In this document: piece by piece, positions 22,059-29,230 of the stretch
How the letters are laid out: each line of letters begins with the position of its first letter
How positions within the stretch are numbered: the stretch's first letter is position 1
NCBI GenBank assembly: GCA_050174015.1
Contig: JBFXKG010000004.1
Coordinates: 96,001 to 160,000, forward strand
From: Candidatus Krumholzibacteriia bacterium
GTDB lineage: Bacteria; Krumholzibacteriota; Krumholzibacteriia; LZORAL124-64-63
Length of the DNA: 64,000 bases
Direction of reading: 5' to 3'
Position numbers and translations under genes: made by a program
The notes under the pieces: generated by a model
Seen by the model: only the letters and a program-made list of their open reading frames with translations
The model's database searches: none
What the model was told of the DNA's origin: nothing

Positions 22059-22501
22059 TCCGGTCCATCGTGAGGGGTCGGCTTGGTGGCAGTTCCCGGC
22101 CCGGAGGCCCCTGGGGACACGACAACCTGCCGGGTCTTGATCTCCATCGAACGTGCCCGGGAACCGAGCACCACCAGGACGACCATCAGCAAAGTGAAGC
22201 CGACGGCGTGACTCACCCCTGGAAACGGTCGGGAAAATAACACCCAGACCGCAACCGCGTAAACAGCCAATTTGGCCAGGAACCAGAGAAAAACCGCGAA
22301 TCCGTTGCGGGGCGCGCCTGGCGGCACCACCGCCGCGCGCAACAATCTTTCGAGGACGAAGAACCCCGTCACCGCCCACAGGGCCGTCAGCAGCACGCCC
22401 AGGGCGAAGGGGCGCGAAACGGCCAGCCAGCACGCTCCGGACGCCGGCAAGGCGATCAAAATAGTCCAAAATCGAACGCGGGCAAGGAGGGAATCGGTCA
22501 A
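22055..22501 (-). CDS. atpI: ATP synthase protein I-like membrane protein
   Basis: Four TM segments; first gene of the atp operon; TTG start after a GAGG RBS. Confidence 0.7.
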   Translation of the reverse strand: MTDSLLARVRFWTILIALPASGACWLAVSRPFALGVLLTALWAVTGFFVLERLLRAAVVPPGAPRNGFAVFLWFLAKLAVYAVAVWVLFSRPFPGVSHAVGFTLLMVVLVVLGSRARSMEIKTRQVVVSPGASGPGTATKPTPHDGPE

Positions 22502-22574
22502 AACGGCGTTTTCCTCTTGCTCGGGTGGACTGTCGGCGCATTCGGAAGCATCGGGGGATGCTGCGTCGGCGGTA

Positions 22575-22602
22575 AAGATGGTGAATTGATAGGGAATGTC
22601 AA
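22575..22602 (-). promoter_or_regulatory. Sigma70 promoter of the atp operon
   Basis: TTGACA-N16-CATCTT on the minus strand. Confidence 0.55.
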
Positions 22603-22677
22603 CAAAATGGGCGGCGGACGGGGTGGGGGGACTCCGGCCTGGGGATGACGCCGCCGCCCTGCGACCAACCGGAATTC

Positions 22678-22711
22678 CATTCCAGGATCCGGAACGGCGC
22701 CGGGATATGAT
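22678..22711 (+). promoter_or_regulatory. Putative WYL operator box 1 plus -10 element
   Basis: CATTCC-AGGATCC-GGAACG (22678-22696), 9 bp, TATGAT (22706-22711). Confidence 0.6.
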
Positions 22712-22822
22712 TCTCAAGCCCCGATGGGGAACAGCGGACGGACATTCGGAACGGTCATCCTGGCCACATCGATCATCGAAATGAAATTATTGATTCCAAA
22801 GGGTTTGAACGAACGCCGCCGC

Positions 22823-22851
22823 AAAAAGGGGCCGCCCCGAAGGGCGGCCCC
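22823..22851 (-). terminator. Intrinsic terminator of the AAA ATPase gene
   Basis: GGGGCCGCCC-TTCG-GGGCGGCCCC-TTTTT on the minus strand. Confidence 0.88.
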
Positions 22852-22889
22852 ACCTTCATCCGGCCGGGACTCGCTGCCGGCATTCCCGC

Positions 22890-25103
22890 TCAGAAGCCCA
22901 CCACCCTGACGGGTCCGGCCGCCCGATGCTTGAGGGCCACCTCCTCCTCCAGGAGGGCCAGGAGATCGGCGTGCGTCGTCCGGCGGACCCCCTGCATCCG
23001 GAGGTTGCGCCGGATCAAGGCCATGTCGGCGGCCGTCAACGGGTCGAGGGCGCACAATCGCCGCCTTTCCTCGGCCGAAGGGGCGCCCGGAGCCAGGGGC
23101 GCCAGCAGCCGGTCGTAGGTGGCCTCGATCCCCGCCGGCTCCAGGGGTCGGAACTCGACCTTCAGGGCGAACCTGCGCAGGGCGGCCGGATCCAGGGCGT
23201 CCAGCCGGTTGGTGGTGCAGATGACGGCCCCGTGATGCTGTTCGATCTGCACGAGCAGTTCGTTCACCATGCTGATTTCCCAGGTACGCCGGGAACGGCT
23301 GCGGGACGCCAGGAAGGTGTCGACCTCGTCGATCACCAGGACCGCCCCGGTCGCCGCGGCCTCGGCGAAGGCCTTCGCGAGGTTGCGCTCGGTCATGCCC
23401 ACGTAGGGGTCGAGGATCTCGCTGGCCTTGCGCGTGACCACCGGGCGGCCCGCCGCGGCAGCCAGGTACCCTGCCGTCAGGGTCTTGCCGGTTCCCGGCT
23501 GGCCGTGGAAGAGCATGGCCAGGGCTCCCCGCTCGCCGGCCACGGCCGACTTGTCCAGATCCTTGACGTACCGGACCATCTGGCGGATCAGCGCCCGCAG
23601 GGGCCGCGAGGGATTCACCCCGCACTCGAGGAACTCGACGGCGGGCCCCTTGCGGACCTCGACCCGGCGCTTGACCCCCTGCAGCCCCGCCTGGGCTTCG
23701 AGAGTCCTGCCAAAGGCCTCGCGACAGGCCCGCGGGGTGGTCTGGATCCCCGACGCCACCCTGGCGGCCATGGCGAACACCGCCGGAGCCAGGGTGAACT
23801 CCCCGGCCAGCCTGGTCACCTCCGCGGCGGTGAAGTGCCTCTTGATGCGGTGCCGCCGGAGGATTCCGTCGAGCATCGCCGCCCGCTTTTCCCCGTCCAG
23901 GGGAGGCAACTCCAGGCTGTAGGCGAACCGGCGCCTGACCGCCGGATCGATGCCGTCGTGTTCGTTGACGATCCAGATGCCCCGCGAGCCGGGCAGTTCC
24001 AGGATCCCGTTGAGGTAGCCCTTGTCCATCACTTCACCCCGGTGGAACCAGGGGCGGTCGGTGTTGAGCAGCTGGTCGGCCTCGTCCACGAAGACGAGAG
24101 CTCCCGCCTGTCCCGCCGCCATTTCCAGGCAGGCGGCCAGGGCGGCACGGCGGGCCCGGGCCTCGTTCTGGCGCTGGCCCAGCACCTCGAACCCCCGCAG
24201 TCCCAGTTCCGCGCACATGGCGCGGCACAGGGTGGTCTTGCCGGTGCCCGGAGGTCCGTAGACCAGGATGTGCACCGGGGCGTCCCCTCCGGAGGTCAAC
24301 AGGAGCCGCATCAGGTCGAGCTTGCCCGTCTCGATTCCGAGGTCGTCGGCCGCCAAAGCGGATCCGGGAACCGGGCGGAAGAGTTCCTGCCTCGCGGGCG
24401 CCTGATCGGGATCGGCGAAGAACGGCAGGAATTCCTCGCTGATCTGCAGCCACTTGCGGTCGGTGTCGAGGATGCCCATGCCGGCCAGCTTGCCTCCCAG
24501 GACCGTCCCCATTTCCGCGGGAGCCAGTCCCAGGGCGGTGACCAGGCCGTCCCTGCCCCGGGGCTCGTCGCAGTGGAGGTGGTTCTCGAAGAAGTCCTGG
24601 ACCGGTTCCCACCAGCGCATCGCCGTGAAGAAGAAACAGAACTCGGTCTCCTGCTCGGAAAGCCCGAACAGCCGGCGGGTCCCATCGAGATGCCGGGCCA
24701 GCGGCGAGGCCTGGAAACGGTCCCTGCCGGCGGCCCACCCGGTCAGGCGGTCGGACAGGGTCGAGGCCAGACGCTGGAGACGGGCCGGAGGGGCCCCGTT
24801 GTGGACCACCGAGACCACCGACGCCATGTCCTGGGGGTCTCCCCAGGCCCGGCGCAGGTCGGGCAGCAGGCGGTCCCGGTCGGTGTCGCTCAGCAGGTCG
24901 TCCACCAGGGTCTGGGTTCCCGCCGGATCGACCCCGGCGACCCAGAAGGCGAACCCGAGGGTTTCCCGGTCGATGGTGCGCCGGCGGGCGACCGTGCGGG
25001 CGGCCCACTCCGCACAGGCGCAGAGAGTGAACTGGAGGTTGGCATCGGGATTTCCGGGTGTCTTCTCCTTCCGCTTGCGGGCTCGGGCGTAGAATCGCGT
25101 CAT
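22890..25103 (-). CDS. Tandem AAA+ ATPase (two classical AAA modules, SpoVK/Cdc48-like superfamily)
   Basis: Walker A GPPGTGKT and GQPGTGKT; Walker B VFVDEAD and LVIDEVD; Arg fingers DPAVRRRF and DPAALRRF; C-terminal VVGF; AAAGGAG RBS. Confidence 0.9.
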   Translation of the reverse strand: MTRFYARARKRKEKTPGNPDANLQFTLCACAEWAARTVARRRTIDRETLGFAFWVAGVDPAGTQTLVDDLLSDTDRDRLLPDLRRAWGDPQDMASVVSVVHNGAPPARLQRLASTLSDRLTGWAAGRDRFQASPLARHLDGTRRLFGLSEQETEFCFFFTAMRWWEPVQDFFENHLHCDEPRGRDGLVTALGLAPAEMGTVLGGKLAGMGILDTDRKWLQISEEFLPFFADPDQAPARQELFRPVPGSALAADDLGIETGKLDLMRLLLTSGGDAPVHILVYGPPGTGKTTLCRAMCAELGLRGFEVLGQRQNEARARRAALAACLEMAAGQAGALVFVDEADQLLNTDRPWFHRGEVMDKGYLNGILELPGSRGIWIVNEHDGIDPAVRRRFAYSLELPPLDGEKRAAMLDGILRRHRIKRHFTAAEVTRLAGEFTLAPAVFAMAARVASGIQTTPRACREAFGRTLEAQAGLQGVKRRVEVRKGPAVEFLECGVNPSRPLRALIRQMVRYVKDLDKSAVAGERGALAMLFHGQPGTGKTLTAGYLAAAAGRPVVTRKASEILDPYVGMTERNLAKAFAEAAATGAVLVIDEVDTFLASRSRSRRTWEISMVNELLVQIEQHHGAVICTTNRLDALDPAALRRFALKVEFRPLEPAGIEATYDRLLAPLAPGAPSAEERRRLCALDPLTAADMALIRRNLRMQGVRRTTHADLLALLEEEVALKHRAAGPVRVVGF

Positions 25104-25134
25104 GGGCAATCTCCTTTCGGATCGGTTGATGCCG

Positions 25135-25168
25135 AATCTAACCCGAAACCGTTCCAAATTTCGGAACG
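25135..25168 (-). promoter_or_regulatory. Putative WYL operator box 2 plus -10 element upstream of the AAA ATPase
   Basis: CGTTCC-AAATTTC-GGAACG (25150-25168), 9 bp, TAGATT on the minus strand (25135-25140). Confidence 0.65.
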
Positions 25169-25205
25169 ATCGGTCAGTGGCCGGATCGACCGGAAAGGAA
25201 TGCCC

Positions 25206-25235
25206 AAAAAAAGGCCCGGCGGGGAGAGCCGGGCC
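25206..25235 (-). terminator. Intrinsic terminator or attenuator between the SAM-II-like aptamer and the AAA gene
   Basis: GGCCCGGC-TCTCCCC-GCCGGGCC-TTTTTTT on the minus strand. Confidence 0.88.
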
Positions 25236-25272
25236 AGATGAGCAATCCGTTTGCACGGATCAGTTCCGACCG

Positions 25273-25324
25273 TTTAGCGAATTGTTTTACGTGGCTGCAA
25301 GCAATTCGGCTCCAAATCACCACG
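25273..25324 (-). ncRNA. SAM-II (SAM_alpha-like) riboswitch aptamer
   Basis: Minus strand CGUGGUGAUUUGGAGCCGAAUUGCUUGCAGCCACGUAAAACAAUUCGCUAAA; carries the SAM-II blocks GUGGUGAUUU, GCUUGCAGCCAC, AAACAA, CGCUAAA; P1 CGUGG/CCACG plus a pseudoknot. Confidence 0.78.
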
Positions 25325-25371
25325 GGGCGGCGGGGCCCCCAGGTCCGGGTTTCCACATCCGACCGGTCAAC

Positions 25372-25400
25372 ACGATAACAAATCCTCCTCGAAATGTCAA
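25372..25400 (-). promoter_or_regulatory. Sigma70 promoter for the riboswitch-containing RNA
   Basis: TTGACA-N17-TATCGT with an extended -10 TG, about 20 bp after the WYL stop. Confidence 0.75.
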
Positions 25401-25420
25401 GCGAAATCAATTCAAGTCGT

Positions 25421-26413
25421 TTATTTATAATATTTTACAGTTTCGGCCAATTCCGCCTGGAGCCGCTCGACCAGGGCCTTGGGGGCCAGCAACCGCGCAC
25501 TGGATCCGAGGCTCAGGATCCAGGCCATGACCTCCGGCTCGCTGGTGGACGTGAAGGCGACCTCGATCCGGCCGTTCTTCTTCTCCCGGATGGTCTGGTC
25601 CGGGTTCAACTTCCGCTCGGCGGTGAAGTTCGCGGCCCATCCCCACAGCTCGGCCTTCACCTTGAAGGTCTTGCCCTTGATCACCCCGAAATGCGTGTTG
25701 AACACCTTGTCGAAGTCGTAGTCGGTCACCGGCTTGAACGGCGTGTCGGTCAGGGCGACCCCCGCGAACCGGTGCAGGGCGAACAGCGGATCGTAGCCCG
25801 GATTCCTGAACACCCGGTCGGGCATCTTGGCGTAGCGGGCGTGCACGTAGATGGTCTCGTGGTGCGAGAAGATCTTCAGGGGCTTGATCCGGAAGACCTT
25901 CGGCTCCTTGTCCTGAAGGCGCCGGTAGGCGACCTCGCAGACCCGGTGCTGCTCCAGCCCCTGGACCAGGGTGCTGAGATTCCCGTAATGCGGGGTGTAG
26001 TCGATGACCCCGGGACGGTAAACGCCGAAGGCGCTGCGGTCGGGATCCCGTCCGCCCTGGTGCAGCCTCGCCGTCTTGTCCACGGCGCGCATGGCCGCGG
26101 TGAAGTGCTCGCGCCCCAGCAGATGGCTGGTGAAGGCCCGGCACATCAGCAGCACCTCCAGTTCGTCGTCCGTCAAGGGCAGCGTCGCCTTGGGCCGGCG
26201 CGCCCGCGGGATGCGGTAGAAGCTCCGGTTGCCCTTGGGCACCCGTTCGATGCCGGTCCCCCCCTCGTCCAGGTCCGCGACCAGGCGCAGGACCGTCTGC
26301 TTGCTGCATTGCAGGCGTGAGCTGAGTTCGGTGAGGGAATACTCCCGGTCGTTGAAAAGGAGCATGGCGTAGAGCTCGAGCAGGCGGGACCCGGGGGAGA
26401 TGCCGGCTGTCAT
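25421..26413 (-). CDS. HTH-WYL-WCX transcriptional regulator (YafY/DriD/PafBC-like)
   Basis: N-terminal wHTH (SLTELSSRLQCSKQTVLRLVADL); WYL domain (IKPLKI..IYV..FALHRF); WCX (EVMAWILSLGSSARLLAP); AAAGGA RBS. Confidence 0.9.
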   Translation of the reverse strand: MTAGISPGSRLLELYAMLLFNDREYSLTELSSRLQCSKQTVLRLVADLDEGGTGIERVPKGNRSFYRIPRARRPKATLPLTDDELEVLLMCRAFTSHLLGREHFTAAMRAVDKTARLHQGGRDPDRSAFGVYRPGVIDYTPHYGNLSTLVQGLEQHRVCEVAYRRLQDKEPKVFRIKPLKIFSHHETIYVHARYAKMPDRVFRNPGYDPLFALHRFAGVALTDTPFKPVTDYDFDKVFNTHFGVIKGKTFKVKAELWGWAANFTAERKLNPDQTIREKKNGRIEVAFTSTSEPEVMAWILSLGSSARLLAPKALVERLQAELAETVKYYK

Positions 26414-26468
26414 GGGGCGTCCTTTCACGGAGGGGATTCGGTGCCGCCTCGATTCTCCAGCAGCCGGC

Positions 26469-26502
26469 AGGATCCCGCAAGACCATTCCGGATACCGGAA
26501 CG
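26469..26502 (-). promoter_or_regulatory. Putative WYL operator box 3 (autoregulatory)
   Basis: CATTCC-GGATACC-GGAACG (26484-26502), 9 bp, weak -10 GATCCT on the minus strand. Confidence 0.6.
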
Positions 26503-26593
26503 CAAAGACGATCAGGCCCGGCGGACCAACGGTCCGCCGGGCCGCCGCATCGGAAGGCTCGCCCAACCTTCCTCCACGGTCACCGGACCCGGA

Positions 26594-26682
26594 TCAGGGC
26601 TCCAGGGTCAGGTCGATGGTCACCTTGGCGATGCCCGGCCTGCGGCCTCATCACGGGCCTTCCTGATCTCGATCACGTTCAT
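26594..26682 (-). pseudogene. Small ORF remnant or micro-peptide
   Basis: Strong RBS GGAGGAG; MNVIEIRKARDEAAGRASPR* (26620-26682); an overlapping frame reads PGIAKVTIDLTLEP* to 26594. Confidence 0.4.
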
Positions 26683-26760
26683 GCCTTCTCCTCCGGTCGA
26701 TTGTTCCGATGCTGTCGGCAATCATACCCCGGACCCGACGATCTATTTGCCAGGATGTCG

Positions 26761-26794
26761 ATAATAGCGGCGGGTCATTCCGGAATCCGGAACG
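26761..26794 (-). promoter_or_regulatory. Putative WYL operator box 4 plus -10 element
   Basis: CATTCC-GGAATCC-GGAACG (26776-26794), 9 bp, TATTAT on the minus strand (26761-26766). Confidence 0.65.
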
Positions 26795-26880
26795 ACAGGG
26801 CCGGAAAGCGGCGTCCACCGGGCCCAAGGGAGACGGACAGGGTCCCTTGGCGCGAATCCTTCGACCCGGGCGGAGCCGGG

Positions 26881-27861
26881 CTACCCGGTCCGATCATGAC
26901 AGGACGTGGTGAAATGGGCGTCGGATAGACTCTCGCCCGGCCGATGGGTGTAGGCCGCGAGGCACCCGTCCCCGGCCACCGAATAGTCCAGGCAGACCAC
27001 GTTGTGCGCCTGGATCTCCGGCTTTCCCTTCAGCCAGTAATGGCCGAAGAAAACCGGGGGATCCGCTGCGGGATAGCCGGGGTTGCCCAGCTCCAGCGCC
27101 CTGGAATCCTCGAGGGGAGCGTCGGGAACCCCGGCCATCGACCCGGGCGGGAAGAGCATGGTGCGGTAGGTCGGATCCTCGGGGATGAGGAACCAGCGGA
27201 CCCTGATGGCCCGCCGGGGATGGCCGTCCTTGTCCAGAGCCGGTCGCGCCCCTGCCGGAAGCGGCGCTTCCTTGCCCTTGAGCAGCCATTCCGTCGCCTG
27301 GAAGAGAGCGTTCCCGGGACCGGGCGGGATCAGCGCGGCCGCCATGAACCCGTCGGTGACGCCTCCGTGCTGGGCGAGGGCGGCGTCCACGGCCCGGACC
27401 GCACCGGGATCCCAGCAGGCATGGACCACGCGCAAATGCTCGCTGGCGAGGTAGAGTGGCAGGGTGCGGAACCAGTCCAGCCAGTGGTCCGGCACCGTCC
27501 GTCCTCCCAGCTGATCGAGGGTGTGGCGGACCTGGCTCTCGTTCCGGGGGGAATGGCTCCTCAGGTACCGGCCTTCATGGACGGTCGCATAGGCGATGGC
27601 GTTGAACTCGTGGTTGCCCATCAAGGCGTAGGCGTTCCCGGCCTCCACCATCGCGCGGACGATCTCCAGGGTCTCGAGGATCTCCGGACCCCTGTCGATG
27701 AAATCCCCCACGAACACCGCCTTGCGGTCGGAATCGCCATGGCGGAATCCCAGGCCCGCCCGCTCGTAACCGAGTTTCCCCAGGAGTTCCCGGAGCCGCA
27801 GCGCGTGGCCGTGGACGTCCCCGATGATGTCGTAGCAGGAATGGTGGGGTAGCATCGCCAT
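26881..27861 (-). CDS. PPP-family metallophosphoesterase (ApaH/PrpE-like)
   Basis: IGDVHG, GDFIDRG, MGNHE, HACW, FFGHYW, CLDYS motifs. Confidence 0.88.
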   Translation of the reverse strand: MAMLPHHSCYDIIGDVHGHALRLRELLGKLGYERAGLGFRHGDSDRKAVFVGDFIDRGPEILETLEIVRAMVEAGNAYALMGNHEFNAIAYATVHEGRYLRSHSPRNESQVRHTLDQLGGRTVPDHWLDWFRTLPLYLASEHLRVVHACWDPGAVRAVDAALAQHGGVTDGFMAAALIPPGPGNALFQATEWLLKGKEAPLPAGARPALDKDGHPRRAIRVRWFLIPEDPTYRTMLFPPGSMAGVPDAPLEDSRALELGNPGYPAADPPVFFGHYWLKGKPEIQAHNVVCLDYSVAGDGCLAAYTHRPGESLSDAHFTTSCHDRTG

Positions 27862-28172
27862 GATCTCGCCGCCGCCAAGTTGTTGAAAAGTGACCGGTTA
27901 TACCCAAGGAGTCGTCGAGCGGCCCAATATACCACGTTGACCGGATCCGGCCAAACTCGTCGGTCTCCCCTGCCGGTCGCCCCGCGGGGACACCCTGGTG
28001 TTTTCCCAGAAATTCCGGAATTGCTAAAGGAAAAGAGGGATCACCAACCACCTATTTCGAGGCCGACCCGGACCGGGTTGCTCGAAAGGCACGATATCGC
28101 CGACGGCCAGGCGGCTGGACACCCTGGCCATGGTGGAGGTGCTCGGAGACCTCATGGCCAGGGTGTGACCGG

Positions 28173-28736
28173 TCATTCCTCTTCGGGAGCGAACGCCGCG
28201 GCCAGCTTGTCCTGGACGAGGCCGTAGGTCTCCTCGATCCGGTCCGACGTTTCCCCCTGGAGCATACCCAGGCCCGCCAGCGCGTCCTTGGCCCTGCGGA
28301 ACCCATCCTCGATTCCCCGGCGGATCTCCGCCTCGAACCTGTTCAGGGTCTCCGTCTCGTCCTGGCCGGCATTCAGCCCCTTGTAATGGGGAAAGAACCC
28401 GAGAGCGAAGCCGAGCACCCTTTCGGCCACGGCCTCGGGCGAGGTGTCCAGGCCGATGGAGAAGCTGTCCTCGGGCTTCTTCCCTTCAGGTCCCACGGCT
28501 TCCTTATCTCCCGACGGAAAGGCGTCCCGGAGGCTTTCCTCCAGCTCCTTCCTGAGCAGGGCGAGGCCACCGTCCTCGAGGATGCTCAGGGCCAGTTCCT
28601 CGCCGTGGGCCCGGGCCGGGCCGGCGCCCCCGCGAAGGTAGGCGCTCGTGCGTTCATCCGAGGATGTCGTCTTCTGGGGATCCTGGGCCTTCTTGACAGG
28701 CGAAAGGCCCGGTAGGTTTGATATGGGGTTCGCCAT
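28173..28736 (-). CDS. DUF5610-like protein
   Basis: SPEAVAERVLGFA...GIEDGFRRAKDAL..LG..IEETY pattern; GGAGG RBS. Confidence 0.75.
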   Translation of the reverse strand: MANPISNLPGLSPVKKAQDPQKTTSSDERTSAYLRGGAGPARAHGEELALSILEDGGLALLRKELEESLRDAFPSGDKEAVGPEGKKPEDSFSIGLDTSPEAVAERVLGFALGFFPHYKGLNAGQDETETLNRFEAEIRRGIEDGFRRAKDALAGLGMLQGETSDRIEETYGLVQDKLAAAFAPEEE

Positions 28737-28796
28737 GGCTCTCCCTCCTTGAAAGGAGCCTATGGGGTGGGGCGATGGTTTCGCACCATATATAAA

Positions 28797-28823
28797 ATAT
28801 CGGCATGATATTGATTTTCTTGA
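28797..28823 (-). promoter_or_regulatory. Sigma28 (FliA)-type promoter
   Basis: TCAAG-N14-GCCGATAT upstream of the DUF5610 gene. Confidence 0.65.
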
Positions 28824-29230
28824 AGGAAATCTCCCCAGGGGAGGCGCAACGCGGTCGAGGCCTCCGGCGGGGGCTGGGTCCCGGTGGCCGCGGACCCTGG
28901 ATGTGCGGCAGGTCACGAGGAAGAGGCGGTTCGAGGGGCGGCCGGGCCCCCCGGGGGACCTAAAACCCTGAAATGGGCCTCAAATCGCTGGTTTAGGGCC
29001 GTTTTTCGGAAATCCCCCCCCAGTCCCGCAGGTCGTGGAACACTGGACGGGCGAACGGATGGAACCGGGGCGGATGGGTCTGGCGCATGACGCCCAGGCC
29101 TCGCCGCCACCCCTCATCCGAGCATATCGTCACACGCATGGTTTCTTCGCCTTGGAGAGATCCCCGCGGATGTGGCACACTCCCCATCGGCCGGAAACCC
29201 ATCCTCCAGGACCCTCCAGGAGCGCCAGGC

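Noticed and set aside
22890..25103. IetAS or Avs-type known defence system
   Set aside because: No S8 protease follows, and the ATPase has two classical AAA modules rather than a STAND domain.
25273..25324. Pistol ribozyme, tmRNA or Y RNA as the identity of the intergenic RNA
   Set aside because: CGUGG...CCACGU-AAA recalls pistol P1, but the loop is too long and the other pistol elements are missing. There is no tRNA-like T-arm, CCA end or tag ORF. The SAM-II blocks fit much better.
22678..26794. The four 19-bp boxes as a CRISPR array or IS ends
   Set aside because: Irregular spacing of hundreds to thousands of bp, variable centre, and no cas or transposase genes. The fixed distance to -10 elements fits operators.
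28001..28022. Fifth WYL box (TTCCC..CCGGAA)
   Set aside because: Half-site spacing does not match N7 and the flanks differ from the consensus.
22600..28170. Integrated mobile element or prophage
   Set aside because: No integrase, tRNA, phage genes or flanking direct repeats were seen, so it can only be called an accessory block.
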